Of a DNA stretch of 64,000 bases, positions 1 to 8,705 are shown piece after piece. The notes beneath the pieces were generated by a model that was not told the origin of the DNA, ran no database searches, and saw nothing but the letters and a program-made list of their open reading frames with translations. The stretch covers positions 2,336,001 through 2,400,000 of the forward strand of contig OY762926.1 in the NCBI GenBank assembly GCA_963666735.1, given 5' to 3'. A program made the position numbers and the translations under genes. The number at the start of each line of letters is the position of its first letter. Position 1 is the first letter of the stretch. The DNA is from Gemmatimonadota bacterium. Its GTDB lineage: Bacteria; Gemmatimonadota; Gemmatimonadetes; Palauibacterales; Palauibacteraceae.

Positions 1-253
1 GAACTGCCGGTCAACGTGCGACACGGATCGGAGAGGCGGCAATGGCGGCAGGAGCGTCGCGCGCGTGATGAGTTTCCGTTGACCGACCCCGCCATCCTGT
101 GATGCGGTAGCGCGGACGGCAGGCGTTCGCGCATGAGAAGTCGAGGACCCTACCTTGGGTCGAGGATCACGGAGATACGATGAAACATCTCGATCACGCT
201 ACGCGGCATCCCGGGCGAGGCGCCGCCTCGCCGGATTCGGCGGAGGCACGCCG

Positions 254-628
254 ATGAGCGGGGAGATGATCGCCATCATTGCGGCGACCATCGCTTTGGC
301 CGCAGTTCTCGTTCCCGGTCAGCGCGGCATGCGGAACGACATCAAGCACCTGCTGGCGAAGACCGGCGGGCTGGAGGAACGGCTGGACGGAATGGACGGA
401 CGGCTCGACAGCATGGACGGACGCCTCGACAGCGTGGATGGACGGCTCGGCGCCGTGGAGCGGGAGGTCGCCGCCGTGCGCACGGAGGTGGCGCGAGTAG
501 AGACGCGGCTCACGAGCCGCATCGGCAAGCTGGAAGCGGAACTCAAGGAACGCCTGGCTCGGCTCGAAGGCTACTTCGAAGCCATGGGTGCCGGAGAACG
601 CGGGATCCGAAAGCGAGCCGCCAAGTAA
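254..628 (+). CDS. Small membrane-anchored coiled-coil protein with heptad repeats (hypothetical)
   Basis: ATG at 254 after GGAGG (242-246); hydrophobic N-terminus MIAIIAATIALAAVLV, then RLDGMDG-RLDSMDG-RLDSVDG heptads. Confidence 0.7.
   Translation: MSGEMIAIIAATIALAAVLVPGQRGMRNDIKHLLAKTGGLEERLDGMDGRLDSMDGRLDSVDGRLGAVEREVAAVRTEVARVETRLTSRIGKLEAELKERLARLEGYFEAMGAGERGIRKRAAK
380..463 (+). repeat. Four degenerate 21-bp tandem repeats encoding heptads
   Basis: cggctggacggaatggacgga / cggctcgacagcatggacgga / cgcctcgacagcgtggatgga / cggctcggcgccgtggagcgg. Confidence 0.85.
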
Positions 629-645
629 GCGGAGCCGCTACGGCA

Positions 646-1044
646 TCATGTGGCGAGCTTGAACAGGCCGTTGCGCGCCGCCCGGCGATCGAACGTGTAT
701 GTCGGAGCACAGCCACGTGCGTGGTTGGAGCGCCCGATAAGGTAGTCGGCGAAATCGGCCGTGCCCGACTCGTAGTCACGCAAGGCAAGTCGAACCGTCT
801 CGTTGTCCTCCACGATGAGCTCGGCCGCGCCCAGGAGCTTCCGGACGACCTCCACGACGGCGGTCTTCTCATAGCGATAGCCGCGCCGCAGCACCCACAC
901 CAGTTCAACGAGGACAGGCGCGCAGACGTGGCCGGGTGACTCGGCAGTACAACGCCTCTCGATCAGCCGCGTGGCGGCGGCCGCAAGTTCCCGGTCATCC
1001 CGGGTGATGAAACGCACCAGAATGTTCGTGTCCAGCCCGATCAC
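646..1044 (-). CDS. vapC: PIN-domain toxin, VapC family
   Basis: MIGLDTNILVR N-terminus, ADFADYLI and TFDRRA motifs typical of PIN domains; 4-bp overlap with upstream antitoxin. Confidence 0.9.
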   Translation of the reverse strand: MIGLDTNILVRFITRDDRELAAAATRLIERRCTAESPGHVCAPVLVELVWVLRRGYRYEKTAVVEVVRKLLGAAELIVEDNETVRLALRDYESGTADFADYLIGRSNHARGCAPTYTFDRRAARNGLFKLAT

Positions 1045-1289
1045 CGGCGTAGTGCCCGCCGAACGGCCCCTCCCGCGATCGCTGCGTCCATCTCTTCCTG
1101 ACTGAGCGGAACGGCGGGTCGCGGAAGCATGCCCGCAAGGTCCATGACGGACCCCGTGATCGGCGTCACCATGAGCCTGCCATCATCCTCCATCGAGAAT
1201 GCAATCCGGTCACCCGCCTTGAGATCGAGCCGGTCCCGGATGGGCTTCGGCAGCGTGACCTGGCCCTTGCTGGTGATCGTCGCTTCCAT
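1041..1289 (-). CDS. AbrB/MazE/SpoVT-family antitoxin (VapB)
   Basis: MEATITSKGQVTLPKPIRDRLDLKAGDRIAF is a classic AbrB fold; start set at ATG 1289. Confidence 0.9.
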   Translation of the reverse strand: MEATITSKGQVTLPKPIRDRLDLKAGDRIAFSMEDDGRLMVTPITGSVMDLAGMLPRPAVPLSQEEMDAAIAGGAVRRALRR

Positions 1290-1312
1290 CTCGATTCCCT
1301 CTTCGACAACGT

Positions 1313-1329
1313 CCTTACCAAAAGTAAGG
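1313..1329. promoter_or_regulatory. Palindromic operator upstream of vapBC
   Basis: CCTTAC-caaaa-GTAAGG perfect inverted repeat 24 bp upstream of antitoxin start. Confidence 0.6.
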
Positions 1330-1387
1330 TAAACGCGCCCGTGCTCGGTGTCCATTTCCGGGCTCGTCCGGCTCCAGGGTCTGGCGG

Positions 1388-2182
1388 CTACTCTCCGCGG
1401 TAGACGGGGTCGCGCTTTCGGGCGAACGCCTCGAGCCCCTCGCGCCAGTCCTCGGAAGCCATGCAGGTGAAGAGCGCCTCGGCCTCGAGGCGCAGCGCCT
1501 CCTCGGGGTCGGCGGATTCCGCGCGGTCGAGGAGTTGCTTCGCGAGTCGCATCGAGATGGGTGCGTTACGGGCCAGGCGCTCGGCGAGTCGGCGCGCGGC
1601 GGGGAGGACTTCGTCCGCCCGGAGGACCTCGTTCGCCAGACCCCAGGCCCCGGCCTCCTCCGGGGTGAAGTAGCGGCCCAGCAGGATGAGTTCGGCCGCG
1701 CGGGCGTGCCCCACGCGCCGCCGGAGCGTGTAGGCCGTGCCGCCGCCGATGAACGTTCCCAGCGCGACCTCCGGCATGCGGAGCTTCGCCTCCTCCGCCA
1801 CGATGACGAAATCGCACGAGAGGGCGAGTTCGCAGCCCGCCCCGATCGCGTGTCCGTTCACGGCCGCGACCACCGGCTGCGGCAGCGTCTGAAGTGCGCG
1901 GAACACGCGCTGGCTCGTCTCGATGTAGGCGCGGCGTTCGGCGATCGACGCCTCGTGATCGCGGTGGGCCTTGAGGTCGGCCCCGGAGCAGAACCCCCGT
2001 CCCGTCCCCGTCACGATGACGACGCGCGTCTCGAAGTCCGCCCCGATGCGCCCGAGTTCGGCCTCCAGCGCCTCGTACATGGGGAGGCTCACGGCGTTGA
2101 GACGGTGGGGACGGTTGAGGCGGAGGATCCGGACGGGACCCTCCGCCTCGACCAGAAGCGGGACTTCGATGGCTCCGCTCAG
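1388..2182 (-). CDS. Enoyl-CoA hydratase/isomerase (crotonase) family protein
   Basis: LNRPHRLNA, FCSGADL, AAVNGHAIGAGCELALSCD, MPEVALG motifs; start uncertain (CTG at 2182 overlapping upstream TGA). Confidence 0.85.
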   Translation of the reverse strand: MSGAIEVPLLVEAEGPVRILRLNRPHRLNAVSLPMYEALEAELGRIGADFETRVVIVTGTGRGFCSGADLKAHRDHEASIAERRAYIETSQRVFRALQTLPQPVVAAVNGHAIGAGCELALSCDFVIVAEEAKLRMPEVALGTFIGGGTAYTLRRRVGHARAAELILLGRYFTPEEAGAWGLANEVLRADEVLPAARRLAERLARNAPISMRLAKQLLDRAESADPEEALRLEAEALFTCMASEDWREGLEAFARKRDPVYRGE

Positions 2183-4644
2183 CTTCCCGCGTCGTCCGTG
2201 GTGGTGACGGGCTTCGCGGGCTTCACGTGCATCTCGAGCCAGCGGTCGGTCTCCCACAGGACGTGCAGGACCGATTCGCGGGCCGCGTAGCCGTGGCTCT
2301 CGGCGGGCAGGAAGACGAGCCGCGCCGTCGCGCCCAGCCCCTTGAGCGCCGCGTAGAAGCGCCGCGACTGGATGGGGAAGGTGCCCGAGTTGTTGTCGTC
2401 CTCCCCGTGGATGATGAGGATGGGCTCGTTCACCTTGTCCGCGTGCATGAAGGGCGACATGTACAGGTAGAGATCCGGGTCCTCCCAGAAGAGCCGCTGC
2501 TCCCGCTGGAAGCCGAACGGCGTCAGCGTCCGGTTGTACGCGCCGCTGCGCGCCACGCCGGCCCGGAAGATGTCGGAGTGGGCGAGCAGATTGCCCGTCA
2601 TGAACGCGCCGTAGGAGTGTCCGCCGACGCCGACCCGGTCCGGATCCACGACCCCGCGCCGCACGCCCTCGTCGATCGCCGCCTGGGCGTTCGCCACGAG
2701 TTGCTGGCGGAAGGTGTCGTTGGGCTCCGCGTCGCCCTCGCCGATGACCGGCATCGACGCGTTGTCCAGCACGGCATAGCCCCGGGTCACGTAGGGGACG
2801 GCGCCGCCGTAGGGGATCCGCGTGAACTGGTACGGCGAGTCGCGTCGCTGGCCGGCCGCCGCCGCGCTCTTGAACTCGGTCGGATACGCCCACACGAAGG
2901 TCGGGAGGGGACCATCGCGCTCCTGGTCATAGTCCGCCGGCAGGTAGAGCGTAGCCGAGAGCGGGATGCCGTCCCCGCGCTCGTACTGGATCGCCTCCTT
3001 GCGGATGCCGGCGAACTGCGGATACGGGTGCGGGAACTCGGTCACCGCGCTGATCGTTCCCCGTTCGAGGTCGCGCAGGAAGTAGTTCGGGGGCTCGTCC
3101 ACCGATTCCCGCCGCGTCATCAACCGCCCGTCCTCGAGGAGCGTGACCACGCCCTCGTAGTACGGCGCCTCGGAGCGGAACAACTCCTCTTCCTCTCCCG
3201 TTTCGAGGTTCCGCCTTCTCAGGAAGGGACGGTTGCCTTCGGGCGAAGCGCCCTGCCCCGCCAGGTAGATCGAAGATCCCCCGTCGGCGGTCATGAGGAC
3301 GCCCCGGCCGCGCTCGTTCGTCGTGAACATCGGGAAGCCGGGGTTGTTGTACCGGTCCTCCGTCTGGAGATCGAAGATCAGCTCCATCTCGCCCGGGGCG
3401 TCGGGATCGATGCGGTACGTGCGCTGCTGGCGGGTCGAGAACCAGTTCTCGCTCACGAAGGCGAACCCCTCCTCCGCCCACATCACGCCGCCGTAGCGGA
3501 GCGGGAGCGCCGCGATCGCGACGGGCTCGCCGGAGAAGGGCGCCGTGTGCATGAACACCCGGTCGCGGATGTCCGCCTCGGCGAGGGCGTCGCCGCCGTC
3601 CTGCGCCTCCGTCCAATACAGCGTCGCGTCCGCGTCGGCGCGCCAGGCGATCGACCGCACGCCCGTCGGAACCGACCCGAACGACGTGGGGACGCCGTCC
3701 TGGAGCGGGAGTTCCGCGACTCCGTGCACCACGTTCCCCTGCGCGTCCCACACCTCGATCGTGCGCGGGAAGCGGGAGGCCGGCACCTGGTACGAGTACG
3801 GCCGGTGGGTGGTCTGCACGAGCAGGTATTCGCCGTCCGGCGATGGCGAGGCGCCGGAGAAGATCGACGGATCGCCCACCATGGCCGCCGATCCGTCGAG
3901 GCCGACGCGGGCCAGTTGCGCCGTCGAGTAGTACTCGTAGAGCGCTTCATCGTGCTGGTCCCGCAGCAGGTCCTGGTACGTGCGGGCGGGAGCCGCTTCC
4001 CCCGAAGTCTCCTCGATCATGGGCGCCGTCGGCACCATCGGCTCGGCGGGCGCCGGGCCGCGGCCGGGCGGCACCGCCATGGCGTAGAGAAAGCCTCCTT
4101 CCGGCGACCAGTTGAACGGGGCCCCGAAGCCCACGTTCACGAGATCGAGGTCGGACAGCCGCCGGGCCGCCGCGGACGCGACATCCAGTATCCAGAGCTG
4201 CACGGCCGAGTCGGTATCGTGCGTGAACGCCACCGTACTCCCGGTCGGCGACCAGCGCGTGTTGCGGATGCGCGGATTCTCGGGCAGGCCGGTGACGGCA
4301 CGCTCTTCCCCGTCCAGCGTGCGAAGCGCGAGACCGTTCGAGGGACGGGCGCGGCTGGGGCCGTTCGTGCGCGGGTTGATGCGCAGTCCGGCGATTCGCA
4401 GTTCCGGCGCGGCGACCTCGGCGATCGACGGCAGGCTGGGCCGCATCGTGAGCAGCATCACCGACTCGTCGGGACTCAGACTGATTCCCGGGGTCGCCGG
4501 GGCATCGACGAGCGCGGCGAGTTCGGCGGCCGGCGTCTGGTAACCGTCCGCACCCTCCTGCGCTGCCACATCCATCGTGACCGCGGCGAGGAGGAACGCG
4601 AAGGAGAGGGAGAATCGAAGGCTGCTGCCGTGATCGTGTCGCAT
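2179..4644 (-). CDS. Secreted S9 (prolyl oligopeptidase-like) serine peptidase
   Basis: Signal peptide (…AAVTMDVAAQ), propeller region, GHSYGA nucleophile motif, HGEDD and ESHGY triad motifs. Confidence 0.9.
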   Translation of the reverse strand: MRHDHGSSLRFSLSFAFLLAAVTMDVAAQEGADGYQTPAAELAALVDAPATPGISLSPDESVMLLTMRPSLPSIAEVAAPELRIAGLRINPRTNGPSRARPSNGLALRTLDGEERAVTGLPENPRIRNTRWSPTGSTVAFTHDTDSAVQLWILDVASAAARRLSDLDLVNVGFGAPFNWSPEGGFLYAMAVPPGRGPAPAEPMVPTAPMIEETSGEAAPARTYQDLLRDQHDEALYEYYSTAQLARVGLDGSAAMVGDPSIFSGASPSPDGEYLLVQTTHRPYSYQVPASRFPRTIEVWDAQGNVVHGVAELPLQDGVPTSFGSVPTGVRSIAWRADADATLYWTEAQDGGDALAEADIRDRVFMHTAPFSGEPVAIAALPLRYGGVMWAEEGFAFVSENWFSTRQQRTYRIDPDAPGEMELIFDLQTEDRYNNPGFPMFTTNERGRGVLMTADGGSSIYLAGQGASPEGNRPFLRRRNLETGEEEELFRSEAPYYEGVVTLLEDGRLMTRRESVDEPPNYFLRDLERGTISAVTEFPHPYPQFAGIRKEAIQYERGDGIPLSATLYLPADYDQERDGPLPTFVWAYPTEFKSAAAAGQRRDSPYQFTRIPYGGAVPYVTRGYAVLDNASMPVIGEGDAEPNDTFRQQLVANAQAAIDEGVRRGVVDPDRVGVGGHSYGAFMTGNLLAHSDIFRAGVARSGAYNRTLTPFGFQREQRLFWEDPDLYLYMSPFMHADKVNEPILIIHGEDDNNSGTFPIQSRRFYAALKGLGATARLVFLPAESHGYAARESVLHVLWETDRWLEMHVKPAKPVTTTDDAGS

Positions 4645-4750
4645 TGTACAGGCTCCAGCTGATGACCGAGGTCGCATAAACCGGGATCGGGACCACCGTG
4701 GCATAGTCCGAACCGCTCCCGGCACACGCAAGACGCGTCCGTACACGCGC

Positions 4751-6264
4751 TGTCGTACCAAAGTAGAAATGTCCCCCCTTAGCCAAGTAGAAATGTCCTC
4801 TTACGGTCCATGTTCGGTCAACGGCGGAACGGGATCCGGGAGAGGAGCGGATGGACTTGAGTCTGAGGGAGCGGGATCGCATCTCGGTGCTGAGACAGGT
4901 GAGCGAGGGAGTGCTGACGGTCGCTGCGGGAGCGGAGCGGATCGGCGTGACTCGGCGGCATTTTCGCCGGTTGCGCCGGAAGTTCGAGGCCGAAGGCGAC
5001 GCGGCGGCGGTTCACGGACTGCGGGGGCGGCGGTCGAACCGGGCGTTGCGCGCGGAAGATCGGGAGCGGGCGCTGGAGGTCGCGAGGGACCCGCTGTACC
5101 GGGACTTCGGGCCGACGCTGCTTGCGGAACACCTGGAAAGACGCTTCGGGCTGCGTCTGAGCGCGGAGACGCTGCGGTGCTGGATGCTGGAGGCCGGGCT
5201 GTGGGAGCGTCGCCGCAAGCGCGCGAAGCACCGCCGCCGGCGTCCGAGGCGGGCGGCGCTGGGCGAGCTGGGGCAGTGGGACAGCTCGGTGCACCCGTGG
5301 CTGGAGGAGCGGGCGGCGGGAGGACAGGTGCTGATCTCGATCCACGACGACGCGACGAGCCGACTGATGATGGCCCGCTTCGCGGCGCGCGACGACGGGG
5401 CGGAGAACCGGCGGGCGATCATCGGCTACCTTCGCCGCCACGGCCGCCCGGTGGCCGTGTACACCGACCACGCCGGTCACTTCGGGCAGTGGCTCTCGAA
5501 GAAGGAGGAGCGCACGGACACGATCATCGCCCGGGGACTGGGCGAGTTGGGGGTCGAGGTGATCCTCGCGGGTTCCCCGCAGGCCAAGGGCAGGGTCGAG
5601 CGGAGCTTCGGCACCGCGCAGGACCGGCTGGTCAGGGAGATGCGGGTGGAGGGGGTCGCCACGCTCGAGGCGGCCAACCGCTTCCTCCAGCACTACTGGG
5701 TTCCGTTCTGGAACGAACGCTTCGCCGTGGAGCCCGCCGATCCCCGCGACGCGCACCGCCCGCTCCCGGACGGCGTGGACCTCGAGGCGCTCTTCGCCGA
5801 GACGGAGAGGCGCGTCGTGGCCCGCGACTTCACGATCCGCTTCCGGAACCGCCACTTGCAGATCCCGGAGAGGGAGGCCGCCGGCATCGCCCCCGGCGAC
5901 GAGATCGTCGTCGAGCGCCGCCTCGACGGCGAGGTCCGCTTCCGCTTCGGCGAGCGCTACCTGGAGCTCGAACCCGTATGCCGAGCCCCCGCCGCCTCCC
6001 CCGGCGACGCGCCCGTCAAGCCGGCGAAGCCGAGGCCCGCGCCCCCGAAGCCGGCTCCGGACCACCCATGGCGCAAGCACTTCCAAGCCAGTGCCCAGCA
6101 GGCCATCGCGCGTCGCGACCTCCGCCGCGAGCGAGAAGCGATATCCAACGAGAAGGAACCGCCCCGCTCCCCCGAACCGGCCCGGGAACAGGGCAGAACC
6201 GAACCGCCGGGGGAGGACATTTCTACTTTGGGCTAACCCCGGACATTTCTACTTTGGTTTGACA
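4751..6264 (+). mobile_element. Insertion sequence, IS1202 family (ISNCY-annotated; ISTde1-like subgroup by TSD length)
   Basis: Ends TGTCGTACCAAAGTAGAAATGTCC…GGACATTTCTACTTTGGTTTGACA; each end has two copies of AAGTAGAAATGTCC; 17-bp direct repeat CGCGTCCGTACACGCGC at 4734-4750 and 6265-6281. Confidence 0.93.
4851..6236 (+). CDS. DDE transposase of IS1202/ISNCY family
   Basis: N-terminal HTH, DFGPTL motif, QWDSS / YTDH / KGRVER DDE motifs, C-terminal PAPDHPWR motif; uninterrupted 461 aa. Confidence 0.92.
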   Translation: MDLSLRERDRISVLRQVSEGVLTVAAGAERIGVTRRHFRRLRRKFEAEGDAAAVHGLRGRRSNRALRAEDRERALEVARDPLYRDFGPTLLAEHLERRFGLRLSAETLRCWMLEAGLWERRRKRAKHRRRRPRRAALGELGQWDSSVHPWLEERAAGGQVLISIHDDATSRLMMARFAARDDGAENRRAIIGYLRRHGRPVAVYTDHAGHFGQWLSKKEERTDTIIARGLGELGVEVILAGSPQAKGRVERSFGTAQDRLVREMRVEGVATLEAANRFLQHYWVPFWNERFAVEPADPRDAHRPLPDGVDLEALFAETERRVVARDFTIRFRNRHLQIPEREAAGIAPGDEIVVERRLDGEVRFRFGERYLELEPVCRAPAASPGDAPVKPAKPRPAPPKPAPDHPWRKHFQASAQQAIARRDLRREREAISNEKEPPRSPEPAREQGRTEPPGEDISTLG

Positions 6265-6395
6265 CGCGTCCGTACACGCGCCCTGGCCGCCCCTGGCTGT
6301 CGCGCGGCCCCCCGGGGCGATAGCGTTGCCGGACAGCGAACGGCAGCGGCGTTCGCGGGCACACACCAAAGGGAAAGCGAGACAGGGAGATGCGG

Positions 6396-7067
6396 ATGAT
6401 GGACGCGCGTTATCTCCGGCTATTCACGGCGGGGGCCCTCGTGGCGGTCGGGTCGGCCGGCTGCGCACCCGAGGGAGACACGGAAGATGTCGACGTCTCC
6501 GAGGCGCCGGTCGAAGAAGCGGCTCAGGTGGTGCTCGGTCCGGTGGACGGACACGACCTGCCCCCGGCGGACCTCGAGCGCGTACTCGCCGGCAGCCCCG
6601 CCCCCGACTTCACCGCCCTTTCGAGCACCGGCGAGCCGATCACGCTCTCCGACTACCGCGGAGAGAAGAACGTCATCCTCTTCTTCTACCGCGGCCACTG
6701 GTGACCGTACTGCGCAAAGCAGCTCGGAGAGCTGCGAGATTTCATGACGCCCGAACAGCGCGAACGGACCGAACTCCTGGCGATCGCCCCGGACAGCCCC
6801 GAGGACATCGGGCTCATGGTCGACCGTGTCCTCGAGGACTACGACTACGCGCTCGACTTCCCGCTCCTGTCCGATGACGGCTCCGCGATCACCCACCGCT
6901 ACGGACTCCTGAACGAGGAGGACGGGCGCGGACGCCAGATCCCGCACCCCACGACCTACGTCATCGACATGGACGGGACGGTGCGCTGGAGCTTCACCGA
7001 AGTGGACTACCGCATCCGCCCGGAGCACGCCGACATCCTGGCCGCACTCGAAGCCCTGGAGCCTTAG
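6396..7067 (+). CDS. Lipoprotein peroxiredoxin-like (AhpC/TSA) protein with in-frame TGA; probable selenoprotein (U-x-x-C)
   Basis: ORFs 6390-6704 and 6744-7067 share a frame; read-through gives …APDFT…ILFFYRGHW-TGA(6702-6704)-PYCAKQLGEL…PTTYVID; lipobox GSAGC; hairpin after TGA. Confidence 0.88.
6719..6735 (+). promoter_or_regulatory. Putative bacterial SECIS stem-loop
   Basis: GCAGCTC-GGA-GAGCTGC perfect 7-bp stem with G-containing loop about 22 nt 3' of the UGA. Confidence 0.75.
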
Positions 7068-7595
7068 GTGCCTCTCGCGGCAACCTGGGCGGTTGTCGTG
7101 CTTATCTGCCCACTTCCTATTTGGGCCCAGGAGACTCCCGAAGCCGTGAGAGTAGATACGCTCACTGGCGGACGAATCGTTGTGTCGAATCCTTCCTCCG
7201 CGGGGGGTGGACACACGATCGAAGGCTGGAGGGTGACCGAGGAACTCCGAATCACATATGTCGTGCGTTTGTCCATGTCGACTGACTACAACGTGCTGGC
7301 GGGCGATACGCTTTTCCTTGAAAGGAGGAAGGTCGAGTTGGACGTGTCGCCGGAAGGGTGGTTGTGGGCGAGACGAGAGGATCAGGGCGACGGTTCGGCA
7401 TGGGATCTTTTCGACAACTGCGGCGCTTATCGCGGCGAAGCCATCACGCCGCTCTCGCTCGCCTCGGTCCGGATCGGTTGGGGCGGCGTGGTACACGGCG
7501 TGGTCTCGGATGCGCTGGATGTTGACTACGTTGTGCGGTTGCGTGTCGATAAGCCGGACGGTTCTGTAACCGCAGCCGCAACCTGCCCCTTCTGA
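7068..7595 (+). CDS. Short, probably internally deleted member of the 6-bladed beta-propeller surface-protein family
   Basis: Has N-terminal (VDTL…GRIVVSNP…WRVTEELRI) and C-terminal (WDLFD…G…DALDVDYVVRLR) motifs like the paralogs at 46.5-55 kb but only 175 aa; lower GC than flanks. Confidence 0.5.
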   Translation: MPLAATWAVVVLICPLPIWAQETPEAVRVDTLTGGRIVVSNPSSAGGGHTIEGWRVTEELRITYVVRLSMSTDYNVLAGDTLFLERRKVELDVSPEGWLWARREDQGDGSAWDLFDNCGAYRGEAITPLSLASVRIGWGGVVHGVVSDALDVDYVVRLRVDKPDGSVTAAATCPF

Positions 7596-7708
7596 GGTAC
7601 CTCCAGGGACGAGTTCCGCGCTTCGCCCGCCGGGATTCGTGGCCGCCTTCTGCGACTTGGCGCGGGGCGATGCCGCCGAACGTGACTTGACCGCGACCTA
7701 CCCCCGAG

Positions 7709-8680
7709 CTACGCCGAGGCGTCGCCTTCGAATCGGCAGCGGCCCATCCGGCAGCGAATGCCGGTCAGCTCCTGGCTCAGCCGCTTGAGCCGGGCGCGCG
7801 CCTCGGAATCGTAAGCCTGGGCGTTGGCCCGGGCGGGCGTGAGGCCGCTGAAGTACTGCCCGCTCTCGAAGTCGTCGGAGTCGACCACCTGCATCGTCGC
7901 GTCGGCGCCTTCGGCGATGGTGGCGCGCGGGGTCGCGCCCAGCCGCCGCACCATGCCGGTCGGCATGTAGGTCGCTGGATGGAGTGAGCCGACGACGATC
8001 CCGGTTCCGGCCAAGTCCTCGGCCAGGTCGTGCGTAAACATGATCTGGGCGAGCTTGCTTTGGGCGTAGGCGCGGCGCCCGCTGAAGTTGTTCTCGATCA
8101 TCACGTCGTCGAAATCGATCGGCGCCTGCGCGCCGGACGACACGTTCACGATGCGCGACGGCGTGCTGTCCAGAAGTCGCGGCATCAGCATGTGCGTGAG
8201 CAGGAAGGTGGAAAGGTAGTTCACCTGGAAGCGGTACTCGTGCCCGTCCTCCGTGACCCACCGCTCGTCCGGGGCCGAGCCGAACCCCGCGTTGTTGATG
8301 AGGATGTCCAGCCGGTCGTAGTCGGCCAGCAGTGTCTCGGCGAAGGCGCGGACCTCCGCGAGAGACGCGAAGTCGGCACGGTAGAAGCGGGCGCTGCCCG
8401 GCCCCGCCGCATTGATGGCGTCCACCACCTCCGCCCCCCGCTCCTCGTCGCGCCCGTGGACGATGACGTGATCGCCCCGCGCGCCCAGCCGCAGGGCGAG
8501 TTCCCGGCCGAGGCCGGACGTGGATCCCGTGACCAGGGCCACCTCCTGGCCGGCGGTCGGCGCCGGGGTCTCCTGGGCCGCGACCTCGCGGACGGAAGCG
8601 GGCCATGCGGTCATGACGACGGCGGCGGCCATGGCGGCGGTCTTGCCGGATGCAATGTTCTTGAGTGTCGTGTGGTTCAT
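7709..8680 (-). CDS. SDR family NAD(P)-dependent oxidoreductase with signal-peptide-like N-terminus
   Basis: TGSTSGLG, NNAG, YAQSK motifs; N-terminus …WPASVREVAAQ. Confidence 0.9.
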   Translation of the reverse strand: MNHTTLKNIASGKTAAMAAAVVMTAWPASVREVAAQETPAPTAGQEVALVTGSTSGLGRELALRLGARGDHVIVHGRDEERGAEVVDAINAAGPGSARFYRADFASLAEVRAFAETLLADYDRLDILINNAGFGSAPDERWVTEDGHEYRFQVNYLSTFLLTHMLMPRLLDSTPSRIVNVSSGAQAPIDFDDVMIENNFSGRRAYAQSKLAQIMFTHDLAEDLAGTGIVVGSLHPATYMPTGMVRRLGATPRATIAEGADATMQVVDSDDFESGQYFSGLTPARANAQAYDSEARARLKRLSQELTGIRCRMGRCRFEGDASA

Positions 8681-8705
8681 GGTGCCATCTTCCCTTCCAG
8701 ACGGG

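Noticed and set aside
1..253. Possible partial gene or structured RNA at the window start
   Set aside because: No recognisable protein or RNA motif in the available sequence
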